The position numbers and the translations under genes are program-made. Source: the human T2T-CHM13v2.0 reference genome, Homo sapiens. Taken from it: a stretch of 64,000 nucleotides of DNA. Positions within the stretch are counted from its first letter, which is position 1. Every line of letters begins with the position of its first letter. Positions 24,481 through 36,463 of the stretch are shown piece after piece. The stretch lies in assembly GCF_009914755.1 (NCBI RefSeq), contig NC_060946.1; one strand, given 5' to 3'. The notes beneath the pieces were generated by a model. That model was not told the DNA's origin. It did no database searches and worked only from the letters and a program-made list of their open reading frames with translations.

Positions 24481-26899
24481 TATGGACAAAATGCAGAGTG
24501 ATGGCCCTCACGCGGCACCTCCCTGTTGGCTTTGAGCAGCACTCTCTGTCTGGGAGAAACTTTAGTGAGCATGAAGTTGAGCCCTCACCGTGATGAGGGA
24601 TGGGACAGGGTGCAAGGACAGCCACCTGCTGTTGCAGGTTTCACCTGGGTGAAACACCTTCTTGATTCGGTTCAGATTTGTTAGGAGTTCCTGTGGGCCA
24701 AGCCCTGAGCCAGTCACATGGAGTCATCCCTCTTCCTGATGGCCCTGCTGAGTGCCCCTCCCCTGAGGCTCCCAGAGCCCACGGGGCTTGCCCTGGCCAC
24801 CAGGCTGGCATACAGCAGAGCAGGGCCCTGGCCCCAAGCTGCCCCGCAGTAGAAACACCTCTGGGTTCCATGAACGTTGTCTCGCCAAGGTGTGGGGCCA
24901 CCAGATCCCTCAGGGGCGGGGAAGGTCTGGGGTCTGGGCCGAGCCTTCCGAAGTCTGGCTGTGCAGTGGGTTCAGGCCCTGCCACTCAGACCCTTGCCGG
25001 GATGGTGCCGGGGTGGGCCAGGCCCCCAGCCCCAGTGCTCCTGGCAGTGGCCAAGGCTGCTGCCTCCTCAGCTCTGGCTTCCCTCCCTGGCCTGGTTGGT
25101 TGGGCACCTGGCCTCAGGCATGGCCCAGGCTGGGGGCCTTGCTCCCCACACAGTAGTGAGCTGAAAGCACTGCCATGTCCAGCTCTGGGAAGGAGCAGGC
25201 TCCCAGTTCATCCCGCAGCCTCGTGTCGCTGCTCCAGCTGTCCCGGGTACGACGTGCCCTTCTCCAAAAACACCTCACCCACCCAGCTGGGCTGGCCTCG
25301 AGAACTGGGGAGTCAGAGGCCCTTGGCTGTCCCTGAAAAAGGAAAACGGGCCTCCTGATGGGGGCTTCCTGGGCTCACCCAACACAGAAGGACCTCCTAG
25401 TGCCCGTGCGCCGGCAGGTAAACCTCTTTGGGTCCCCGTTCCCTCATCCCTGAAACATGGGGAGCACAGTTGCTCCTGCGCTGGCTGTGGCTGTGGGGGA
25501 AGGAAGAGCCGCTCCATTCCTGCGTTTGATCAGGTTGTCACGAGGACTGAGTGAGTCACCAGGTGTGAGGGGCTTTGGTGGGTGTGTCACAGTGGCAAAG
25601 CATTCACACCGGCCAGGTCCCCAGCTGGGAGCATGTGCCCAGGAGCCTGCGGTGTGCAGCTGGTCTAGCCCCACCATGGAGCAGCCACGTGGGAGAGGCC
25701 CCGGGAACAGGCGAGGTGGCTGTGCCGTTCACACCCAGAGAGTCGTCAGGGCAACTGGTGACACGGTGATGGGGACAGTGGCACCTGCCCTTGATGCTGC
25801 CCTGTGTCACCCAGGCAGCCCCCACCCCATGAACACTGTGCAGGCTTTTCCCTAATTTCATTCTTGTTTTTTGATGAAGGCCCTGCCCGTGGCTCTGGAT
25901 CGGCGGTCCCCATCAGAGGCCTGGGCTGAGTCCTCAGGTGTGTGAGTACCATCTTCCCCTGACCCGGCGGCCCCACAAACACCCCTCTGCCAGCCACAGC
26001 TCGGCCGCCCTGGGCCTTGGCCTCCCAGTCTGTGCAGTGGGGTTGGTGACGATCACAGGCTTCTGCTCTGTGCAGGTCGGGAGGGAGTGCCATGTGGCTG
26101 CACCCCCAGCCCAAGAGCAGCCTCGCTGCTGGACCTTTGGGTTCCCAATAAGATCTGGTGAAGACACATGGAGACCACTGCTGGGCGGGGGCAGGAAGGC
26201 GTCCCTGTGGCACCCTGGGGCCGCCCATCTGTTGGATCTGGAGGTGCTGCCTGCCAGGCTCTACTCTGCATCCAGCGAGTGTTTGTTGGGGGCAATGGGG
26301 CCCGTGCCTTTTGTCCAGAGGAGGCCGGAGAAGGGGACACAAGAGGGGAGTGGACAGACGGTCACCAGGCAGATAAGCAGGACGGGGCTCGGGGCTTGTT
26401 TGGGAAGTGGCTGGTGCTGAGCTTGGCTGGGGCAGGGCTCCAGGAGGGGCCGAGTGGGCCCCACCCCCGACCCTTGTCGGCAGGGCCCCGAAAGTTCCAC
26501 GCTGTTGGGGGGGTGCCGTGGAAGGTGGAGCGGGGAGCAGCCTCCGATCCCTGGAGCAGGTTCCCCAGCGTTCCCGTGGCAGCCACTTCATGGCACAGTG
26601 GTCCCCGGAGTTCAGGCCAGGCCCTCGAGCCGCCTGTCTGGGGACCACTCCAACCTCAGGCAAATGAGGGGCGGCCCTCCCCGGGTCTGGGGGCAAAAGA
26701 AGGTTTTGAATCCGGAAGCCCAGGCTCAGTAGGCCCTTGCCACCTCCCCCAGAGGTCATGCCTCAGGCTAGGCCACCTGGGCTGCAACATGGGAGGGCAT
26801 CAGTGCCCCAGGCAGCCCCCAGTCCCCCGGGGCCACTGCAAGACCCTTAGACGGGACGACAAGGCCTCTAGAAGCCCCGGCTGCTGGGAGCCTAGGCAG

Positions 26900-27560
26900 A
26901 AGAAGGGCCCACCTGCCTGTCTCTGGGGCCGTGCGCGGGGCGGGCACTGTGCTGCTTTTCCGGTGGCTCCTGCTCCTCCCGGCCCCATCACCACTCCCAC
27001 CCGCGGCGGCCTTTGTCTTCCAAGCGCTCTGCAAAATGGCCGCCCGGCCTGCCGCCATTTTGTGGCTGAGGTGGCCGTGGCCTTGGAGAGGCCTGGGAGG
27101 GAGGGCGGCCATGGCCTGCCTGCCTGCCCTTGGCGGCCTGGACAGAGCCCAGCGCCGGCCCCCGCCCAGTCTGGCCTTGGCCGTGGCTGCCCCAGGCTTG
27201 GCACCAGCCAGCCTTTGGCAAGGCAGCCCGGGAGTCCTGGCCCCTCACCCAGCCCTGCCGGCCCCTCGCCACCCTGAGGCAGCCCTGCTGAGCAGACGGA
27301 GAAGCCTTGAGCCAGGGCCGGGCCAGTACAGCCTCGCTGGCGGGGGAGCCCTGGGCCGAGGGCAGCTCAGGCGGGTGTGGGGCCCACCTGGGCTCCCGGC
27401 ACCTCTGCAGGGGTGACGCCTTCAGGCCTTGACGGCTGCACCTATCGCGCTCCTGGCCTGGCCCGGCCGGGAGTGGGTCTCTCAGTGGCCGGCCCAACTT
27501 CTGGCTTAGAGAGGGGCACCGCCATCCTCAGGAAGAGGGCAGGGCCGCACTCTGGCCAGG
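26900..27560. promoter_or_regulatory. CpG-rich patch with a YY1-like motif pair (AAAATGGCCGC ... GCCGCCATTTT)
   Basis: Very high GC and CpG content. Two inverted YY1-type motifs at about 27033-27061. Confidence 0.35.
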
Positions 27561-29391
27561 ATTTCCCTGTGTTGGGGCCAGCCAAAGTCTCTGACACACA
27601 GGAGTGGAGGACCTGTTCCCTCCTGGGCCCCTCCACAGCCCCCACTCTCCTGCAGGCCCCATCCCCGCAACCTCAGCCATTCCAGACAGCATCTCCCTCC
27701 CCACCAGAGCCCCTCGGCCTCTCCTGAGCCTCTGAGCTTGCTTCCTGCCCCGTCACAGGCCCATGCACCTGCCCTTCCAGTAGCCAGAGGATCCCAAGTG
27801 GCACATTTCCGAAGGGACGGTCTCCAGGAACCCCCAGGGGCCAGGGTGGCTGCAGAGCAGCATCAGGGAGATGCTGGGTGTTGGCCGTGGAGGACAATTG
27901 TGCCCCTGGCCAGGCGGGGAGGGGGCAGGTGGACCCTGTGGGAGCCCTGTGGGAGCCCTGTGGGGTTGGCCACACATCGGTTCCTGCTATCCTTGCAACA
28001 AGATCCCCTGGAGGGCAGTGTGCCTCCTAGAAGAAGGCAGGAGAAATCACCACGTGAAGCAGAGAATGGCGTTTGATGAGTGTGTGCTTTTTCTAGGGGT
28101 CGACGCAGGTCCTCTGGGCAGCATGGGGTGGTGCCGGGTGGACCCCACGGTGGCCTGTGTTCGCCACGTGGCCGTGGGTCAGTTCCTCGCTGGAGGAGAC
28201 CCTTCCCCAGACACCTGCCGGGCACCCAGCCAAACCCTTGAGGCCTGGGAAGGTCTCTGGATGCCACCCTACACCCCGCCCAGACTCCTCTCCCTGTGGT
28301 TCCTGGACAGAACATTCCGTCACCACGAAACGAAGTTTGCCCAGGCCCTGCCTTCACCCTGGGAAAACCCAGCCGGGCATGGGAAGGAGGAATGCTGCCC
28401 GCCTGCCCGCCCAGACCAGAGTCGCCCCACATGCCAGGCCAGGCCCGCATCCTCCTGGGGCACACGGGAGCCCCAGGCTTCCCGGCAGGAAAAGCCCCCC
28501 ACCGCAGAAGGGCTGGTCTCTGGTGGGGAGTTGCTGCTGGGTGGGGTGACCACAGGGCGGGGTTCAGGCTGGGGTATTTTTAATGATGTAGTTGCATCTG
28601 GTCACCGCCCCCTGCCACCCCCGATTCTTTCCTGCCCTCCCCACCTTGTGACCCAGACTGTGGCTTGAATTAAGAATGTTTTCAGATAAGTACACGCCTT
28701 TGAGGTTAAAAGTATGCCTAATGATTAAACACCAGACAGAGATCCCCACAGGAGAAGAGCGGGCTCCGCATTCCTGCTTTTCCCCTTTGGACTCCAAGCA
28801 AGCCTGTTTGCGTAACCCGGGAGCATTAAAGAGCAGCTTCCCCGGATTCTCCCCACAGCCCTGGGGGCTGGCGTCCTGACCCATCATACGGAGGAGGCAG
28901 CTGAGGCCCAGAGGGGTTAACCTACCCCATCCCAGGCCCATCACTGAGGGAGACAGAGCAGGTCAGAACCAAGCCTGGCAGCCCCCAGGGCTGTGCCCCA
29001 TGGACGCAGGTGTGTCTGCAGAGCAGGGTCCTCCCCTGCCAGTGCCAGCCCTCAGGTGTCTCGGGTGCTGCGTTACTCTTGTGAGCTTCCACGCTGACAC
29101 CTGTGGCCACAATGTTGGTGTCTGCTGGACCTCTGGCCCTGTTCTAGGTGCAGGACATGTGGCCACAGCAGGCCTGGCCCCTGCCCCAGGGAGTGGACAT
29201 TCCCTGAGCCTGCCCCCCACCCCCACTGAGAACTTAGTGGCTATGAGAGAACAGGAAAGCAGGAAGCTAGACAGGGCACAGACCCCCGACGGTGGAGACC
29301 CTGACCCGGAGCACGTGGGTGTCAGTTTTGGGGAAGCCAGACAGGGAGGGTGCTAACAGGAGGGCCAGTGAGGGGACCTTGGGACCCCAGA

Positions 29392-29434
29392 CAGCCCTGG
29401 AAGGAAGGCAGCCCTGGAAGGAAGGCAGCCCTGG
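29392..29434. repeat. 17-bp tandem repeat CAGCCCTGGAAGGAAGG x2.5
   Basis: Directly visible. Confidence 0.85.
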
Positions 29435-32400
29435 GGTCCGGGCCACGCTCCATCCTGGGGGCACCCCCTTCCCACCTGCGTGCAGTGTGCAGGGCCGGGG
29501 GAGGAGCCTGGATCTGAGGAGTGCAGTTCCAGTTGTGGCTTTGCCGCGGCGTCCCCATGGCATGCTGTTGGGGACCGTGAGACTGTGGGCGGCCTAGCTG
29601 TATTGCAGCCTGAGGCCAGAGGAGAGGTCAGTAACCCTTACCCGTCCCATCTTGATTTAAGTTTGATATTTTTAGATCATGGACGTTTCTGCATTGATTT
29701 TCTTTTTTAATTTTGCAATCAGATATTTCTGCTGATGGCTGGGTTTTTGGTCCTTTTAACATGCTTCCCACACCTCGCCCTGGTCCCTGCCCTGCTGCGG
29801 CCGAGCCAGAGCCGCAGGCTGCCCCGTGTGTGTCTCGTTAGCTTTCTGGGCCGTGTTTGCAGGAGGCCCGCCTCCCGTCCTAGCCCCCGGACGCCACCCC
29901 TCCCTGTCTTTTTCCCAGATCCATTGTTGGCACGGCTTGCTGAGCAGAGACACTGGCCGCTTTATGGGGAGAAACCCAATCAGGGTGGCGGGGGTGTGCT
30001 CCTTGGGGGGGTCCGGCTCCCAGTGGCCCTGAGCCAAGCCCGAGGTGACTTCGGGGTGACACCGTCTGTCTGCCTCACTTGCTCCAGACATCCGCCCGGC
30101 CCTGAAATGGCCACCTGCCCACCGAGGCCTCCGCACACCTGTCCTGGCTGGCCCGGCCCCTCCCCCGCCTGGGCCTGCCGGGCACCCTGCCCACGGGCAG
30201 ACACCGTGGGGCCGGGGCAGCGCCCGGGAGGTGGCAGCTGGCAGATGGCAGAGCGCCTGCCGACTGCTCACTCCCCGTCAGCTCTGCTCAAGGAGCACCG
30301 TTTACGCTGCATGGCCCTCCCAGCCCTCATCCAGGCTGGCTGCGAAGGGTTTCTCTGGTCTGTCTCAGGAAGCCTCCTGAGAAAGGGGAGATTCCTGCTG
30401 TCTCCCCAGGCCTGAGCCCCATGCTCACCCCCAGGGCTGCCAGGTAGGTGGGCCTGGAGATCACCCCCGCACACACCCCACAACACGTGCAACTGGCCTT
30501 CTCCCCACCAGCTCAGAAATGGCTCCATGAGTGGGTCACGAAGCTGAAACATCAGTCTTTCCCCACCCCACACCCCAGAAAGCCCTGGTTGTCGGCTGGA
30601 GTTCTCCTGATTGCGTGCAGATCCTCCTGCGGTGGGGGTGGAGCCCGCTGAGGTCACAGCATCTGTGTCCTGGTCCTGTGGAGCACAGCAGGGTTGGGTG
30701 TGCAGGAAATGTGTCCATACACCCTCCTCAGAGTCCCCCGGAGCGGGCACTGCCACATTCAGGCTCCCTGACCACTGCAGGCCTGGGTGGTCCAGATGCG
30801 AGTCCTAGAGCCTTGCGGGCAGAGCTGGGACTCACCAGGGAACACAGGGCCCTCAGGGGAAAGGAGCAGGAAAAAGCAGGGTGGTTGTGCCTGGCAGAGG
30901 GACAGGCCAGGGCAATGCTGGGAGCAGAGGCCTGCCCGGGACACTTGCTGCTCTGGGAGGCTGGAGGGGGAGCCCGGGCTGCGGGCATGCTGGGGAGGGG
31001 CAGAGACAGTAGAGAGGGTGTCAACAGTGGTAGACGGCCTAGCTGGCTGGGAGCGTGGGCAGGGCTGGTGCTCAGGGAGGAGGAGGGAAGGGCACCCCCC
31101 ACCCAGTGTCCCCACAGGCCCCTCAATAGCCTGGTGGGTGACTCTCCCGGTCCCCAGCAGGGCTGCTCTTGCTCGAGGTCACACGGTACAGGGCTGCAGG
31201 GAACCACGGTATGTCTGCTCCCATCCAGCGTCTTGGGCTCAGCCCCGGGGACCCACATCCCTTCCTGCCTGGATGCACCTCCCTGGCCTTTGCACCCCGT
31301 GCGCACCCTGCAAGGGCACTCCTGCCAGAATGGGCTGGCGTGAGGTGAAGTTTTCATTCACTGGACAAGACCTTGCCGAAGCCCTGCAGCCCCAGACTGG
31401 ATGCTGTGGGCCCCTCCCGGGGGTTTCCGCTCGTGGGAGAACCCCAAGCCTTCCTCGTCCTGGGTCCCAGGGGAAGCCACAGCCCCCCTGGACCCTCAGC
31501 ATCCTCCTCGGTGCAATGGGGGCTTAACCCCTCCCTCCATAGTCCAGCCACCTGCTGACAGGCCAGGCACCCGGGAAAGCAGCACCAGGCTGTCCCCCCT
31601 GTGCATCCTGCTGCCCTCCTCTGGGCCCTAGAGCATCCAGGCACCAGCCTGGCAGGGCACAGGCTTCCCAGCAGGGGGACATGACCACTGACCACTCAAG
31701 GACAGGCTTGGGTCTTGGTCCCCTCTGACCTGGCATTGTCCAACACAGGGCTGGCCACGGAGGCCATTCCACATTCCATCCAGGCCCTTACAGGGGTGGG
31801 TGAGCCACTAGGCGAGAGACGGGCCAGGCTGGAGTGTCGGTTCTGGTGCGGGACGGCTGGGCAAGGCCCAAGGTCACAAAGGGGTTCAGAGCTGGGTAAG
31901 GCCACGTCTCTTCCAGAGCTGACACTTGTCACTTTTGTTTTTAAAACCCAACAGGTCAAGAAGTGGCGCTGACCTGGAGCCCCTGCCTGGGGCTGGCCTT
32001 CCTCACAGTGAGCTGGGCCTCCTGCCATCCTGGCTCTGGAGGTAGGAGGAGCCGTGGGAGGTCTGATAGGGAGGGAGGGCTATCTCAGAGCCAGGCCACT
32101 CCCGGTCCTCTCCAGGCCCCACCCTCAGGCACAGAGGTCCTTAGGTGGGGACTTGATGGTCTCACAGCCAAACCTTCGCCCAGGCTGTGGCCTCCCCTGA
32201 AGCCATGTCTCTTCTTGTCTTCCCGCCACTCTTCCAGCAAGCTCCCCCCGTTGGCCCACCTCATCTGCCCACTGTGCACTTGGGGCATGGTGATCTTTGA
32301 CCCTGGTGGTGCACCCCTCAGGCTGGACAGGGCCTGAAGGAGCCGTGGTTCATTGCAGGGCGTCTGAGTGGAAGAGGCTCAGCCTCACCTCCACACCCTG

Positions 32401-32451
32401 AAGACTCACTCTCTGGCCCTGGGCTCTGTTGTGTGCACCGCCTGTCTGCAG

Positions 32452-32596
32452 GGCCCAGCCTGCCTCGAGCACTCCCTGGGGACAGAAGCTCCTGCGCTGG
32501 CCTCTCCTGTCACCTAGCCACCGGGCATCCTGGAGTGCAGCCCTCATGCCCCGAGGCCACCTGCCATCGCCCAGGATGACTCAAGATGCCACCTGG
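32452..32596 (+). other. Candidate host-gene exon
   Basis: Acceptor CCTGTCTGCAG at 32451 and a strong donor TGG|GTAAGT at 32596/32597. Confidence 0.45.
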
Positions 32597-33641
32597 GTAA
32601 GTCTAGCCCAGAACGAGAAAGGCCGAATGAGGGAAACTGAGTCACATCTGCTTCTCCCAGGTGGGGCTGGGGGCCCAGGGGGAGGGCACTTGTGGTGACG
32701 ACCAGGGTGGACTAGGGGCCTGTCTCCCATTCTGTCTCTGCCACACGTTATAGAGCCCGACCTGTGGGCTGGGTCCCCCCATGGTGAGCACTGCAGGCTC
32801 TAGGAGGCTGAAGTCCTGGCCTGGGGGACCTGTGGGGGCCAGGCTGGGGCCATTGGAATCAGTATGGTGGTCCCCACCTGCACTCCAGCTCCGATGGCTG
32901 ATGACGGGGGCCCTGGCAGCTGACCCCTTGCCTCAGTGGGGAGACCACGGCTCACGAGGGCATGAGACCTGCCCAGAGCATAGCCCAGAGGCCGGCCTGG
33001 ATTCTCACAGCTCCGCCCACTGGGCTGTCCTGCCCCACCCCCTTTTTAGCCTGCTGGGACCATGAGTCAGAACCCAGTAGGTGTGAGGGGACCCAGCCAG
33101 CCCAGGTGGCCAGTCCAGCCTGAGGGGGTGGGGGTCTCAGAGATTAAGTCAGGAGCCCAGAGTGCGTGCTTAGGGTGCAACCCACCCCACAGCCTCCCCC
33201 AAGGCACCTCCCGGGGGTGCAGATGGGGGCAGACGCAGGGACACTCAGGGTGGACCACCTGACTGGGAGCTGATCATGAGGTGTGCGACAGCCTGAGTCA
33301 GCCTCAGCTCAGAGGAGCTGGGATGGCCTTGATCTTCCCCCTCCGGCCACTCACCACAGCTGGGAGGGTCCAAGGAGACCCTCAGCCACTGTCCCTTCAG
33401 CCCTCACCCCACCCTGGCTGGCTCTGCCCGGACAGTCCTTAGGGACATCTTGGTCCTGCCCACCAGCCAGGGGACCCAGAATTGGAGCAGGGGAGCAGGA
33501 CCCCCAGACCCTCTCATACCGCTTTTGTTCTGAGGCCTTGAGGGAACACGGGGTCTTCGCGACCCCAGGCGAGATGATGCTGGGACAGAGGAGGGTCGGG
33601 CTGCATCGGGGCCCTCCTGGTCCCCACTCCTGGGTGAGTCA
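32577..33641. promoter_or_regulatory. Cluster of five AP-1 heptamers (TGASTCA)
   Basis: Sites at 32577, 32638, 33063, 33294 and 33635. Confidence 0.55.
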
Positions 33642-33799
33642 GCATCTCAGTCTCCAGTTCTGGGTGGGCGGCACCAGGTGTGAGCCTCAGCGGTCTCCTT
33701 GCTGGCTAAGGACCTGGGATTTGCTCCAGTGCCCCTCGGGAGGGAGTAGGACACGTGCCCAGAGAGCAAGCAGACCCCCTCCCCGACCAACTTCTGAGA

Positions 33800-33950
33800 G
33801 CAAAGACACCTAGAGCTAGAGATTCAGCACCCCCTGAGCCTCAGTTTCTCCACTATGAAGTGGGATCCGTGATCTCAGCCTTACCAGGGCTGTGAGGATT
33901 AAATGGTCCAGCCCAGCCTGGGGCCTGCCTGGAGTAGGCAGCCTGCTCAG
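33800..33950 (+). mobile_element. MIR fragment
   Basis: CTGAGCCTCAGTTTCTCCAC...GCTGTGAGGATTAAATG. Confidence 0.7.
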
Positions 33951-34045
33951 GATGGGCTGTGGAAGGAGGGCTGGGGTAGACCTTTCAAGTCCACTTGGGC
34001 ATGGGGAGCTGAGAGCTAGCATGCCGTTTAACTTGGCAGGAAGCA

Positions 34046-34470
<425 letters not shown>

Positions 34471-34899
34471 AGTCGTATCTGCCCCCTCAGCTTTTCCCCA
34501 GGAAGGTGGTAGCCACAATTAGCATTTGTTGAGGCTGACCCTGCACCAGGCCCAGGATAGGCGGGGCTTAGGGAGGCCCGTCTCTCGCCACGTTCCCCTG
34601 CTAGGGGAGCCCCGAGGCCCTCTCAGTGTCATCCTCATGCTACACTCTGTCCCAGCCCTGTGCGTCCCAAGCTAGGGCACTGAGTGTGCCAGCACCCGCA
34701 GGGACAGGCACTGGACCCTGGGTGGACCTGAGGGTCTGTGACTACCCCCCCAGCTGCTCTCCCCTAGAGGCCACTTCCCTCAAGGAAGGAAAGAACCTTC
34801 CCGCCACCTCCTGCAGTGCGGTCAGCTCAGGCCAGCCTGCACAGCAGGGCCAGAACCAGGGCCCCTGGGGAGGGATGCCTGCCTGCCCAGTGGGAGGAG

Positions 34900-35560
34900 A
34901 CGGCACGCCCGTGAAGCCGCTACTCAGCCAGCCTGGGGGCCACGAGTGCTGCTTCTGGTGGCGCTGTGCGGGGAGGGAGGGGGCCGAGCAGGGTGGGCAC
35001 TCGCATGCCTGTGTCTTGCTGGCCTTCGACAGATGACAGCCCTCCTCCTAGGGTCTCCAGTGCAGAGTTCCTTGGGGACATTATGGCCACTCCTGTCCAG
35101 ATGAGAGGGAGCCGGCTGCCTGTGACAGCGTCGCAAAATGCCGCCAGGGCTTTCCCTCCCTCCTCCTTTCTCTCTTCCTCGTCCCTCTCTGGTTGGTGGT
35201 TTCCTGCAGGCTCCCGTCCCTGCTGGTGCTGGCCACAATGTCCCCACTCCCAGGGTTTCGGCGTCCCAGCCCCCTGCGCCCACCGCGCCTGCCCGCCAGA
35301 ATCCCTGTGCCCTTGGTGCGTGTGGCCTGCCGAGCCTCGAGCCCCTGTTCTCCTCAGCCCTCTTTCCTCCCGCGTCCCCAGGAGGTGCCTCTGGAAGCCA
35401 CGGAGTCCCATCGGCACCAAGACCGACTGCCCTTTGGGGTGAGGTAGTAGGTTGTATAGTTTGGGGCTCTGCCCTGCTATGGGATAACTATACAATCTAC
35501 TGTCTTTCCTGAAGTGGCTGTAATATCTGCGGTGGACAGAGCGTCTGGAACCCTGGCTGG
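34900..35560. promoter_or_regulatory. let-7a-3-associated CpG-rich region with a kB-like site GGGCTTTCCC (35147-35156)
   Basis: CpG cluster is visible. The let-7a-3 CpG island is known to be methylation-regulated. A second kB site, GGGACTTCCC, lies at 36200-36209. Confidence 0.55.
35437..35510 (+). ncRNA. MIRLET7A3: pre-let-7a-3 (let-7a-5p 35440-35461; let-7a-3p 35488-35508)
   Basis: Exact TGAGGTAGTAGGTTGTATAGTT, the a-3-specific loop TGGGGCTCTGCCCTGCTATGGGATAA, and the 3p arm CTATACAATCTACTGTCTTTC. Confidence 0.99.
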
Positions 35561-35629
35561 GAGCGGGCAGGGCCAGGTTTGGGGGCAGCCTTGGCAGCAG
35601 TCGGGGGCAGGGGCCGCCTACACTGAGAA

Positions 35630-35720
35630 GTCTGACAGGCCTAGGTGCCACTTGCTGTGTGACCTTGGACAGGCCCCTGATCTCTCTGGGTCTCAGTTTC
35701 CTCCTCTGTAAAATGGAGGC
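35630..35720 (+). mobile_element. MIR core between let-7a-3 and let-7b
   Basis: GCTGTGTGACCTTGGAC...TCTCAGTTTCCTCCTCTGTAAAATGG. Confidence 0.75.
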
Positions 35721-36164
35721 AAATGAGGATGGAAGGAGATGCAGTGTGGAGCATCGAGGGCAGAGGAGAGCTGAGCCGACCCCACCCTCTGCCCCAGCCG
35801 CACTGAGAGAGGCGATCCACGCAGCTGTTTGTCTGACCTCTGTCTCCCAACACTCCCCAACACTCCCCCCGCCATCAGGCCCAGGCTCATGGGTGGCCCT
35901 GAGCCGTACCCTCCACTGAGCACCAGGAGAAGGCACCGTGGGGCCAGGGGTGGCCGAGACGTTTGGAGGTCACAGGGCTGCGAGTATTGGTGTTGCCCAT
36001 CACCCCAGGTTCCCAGCACGTGCCCCAGCCTGGCCAGCTCAGTGGCAGGGCCTCTGCCTGTGGAGGAAGGGAGGCCAAGGCACCTTTCCTGAGCAGGAAG
36101 TGAGAGGAACAGCTCTGCATACACTGGGTCCCACATGGCACAATCTGAAGGCAGACAGTGGCTC

Positions 36165-36210
36165 CTCTGTACCTGGGGAAACTGAGGCCCAGAGAGCCAG
36201 GGACTTCCCG
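36165..36210 (-). mobile_element. Short MIR core, opposite orientation
   Basis: GGGGAAACTGAGGCCCAGAGAG...GACTT. Confidence 0.55.
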
Positions 36211-36253
36211 AGACCAGCCAGCAGCAGCTGCCCCTTCCTGGGGTGCCATCTCC

Positions 36254-36345
36254 CCTGTCCCTCCTGCCCTGCGCCTGCCCAGCCCTCCTGCTCTGGTGAC
36301 TGAGGACCGCCAGGCAGGGGCTGGTGCTGGGCGGGGGGCGGCGGG
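36254..36345 (+). ncRNA. MIR4763: pre-miR-4763 (5p 36272-36292; 3p AGGCAGGGGCTGGTGCTGGGCGGG 36312-36335)
   Basis: Matches the recalled miRBase sequence and its position just upstream of let-7b. C-rich 5' arm and G-rich 3' arm. Low-confidence miRNA annotation. Confidence 0.85.
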
Positions 36346-36373
36346 CCCTCCCGCAGTGCAAGGCCGGGCCTGG

Positions 36374-36456
36374 CGGGGTGAGGTAGTAGGTTGTGTGGTT
36401 TCAGGGCAGTGATGTTGCCCCTCGGAAGATAACTATACAACCTACTGCCTTCCCTG
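36374..36456 (+). ncRNA. MIRLET7B: pre-let-7b (let-7b-5p 36379-36400; let-7b-3p 36433-36454)
   Basis: Exact TGAGGTAGTAGGTTGTGTGGTT and CTATACAACCTACTGCCTTCCC, with the let-7b loop between them. Confidence 0.99.
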
Positions 36457-36463
36457 AGGAGCC

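Noticed and set aside
25746-28668. Several 200-369 aa ORFs
   Set aside because: Overlapping on both strands, rich in Pro/Gly/Arg/Ala, with no homology I recognise. Expected in very GC-rich DNA.
35001-35021. Possible p53 response element upstream of let-7a-3
   Set aside because: CWWG cores are present but the flanks match RRRCWWGYYY poorly; not supportable from sequence alone.
34920-36440. ORFs antisense to the let-7 hairpins
   Set aside because: Chance GC-rich ORFs crossing miRNA and MIR sequence.
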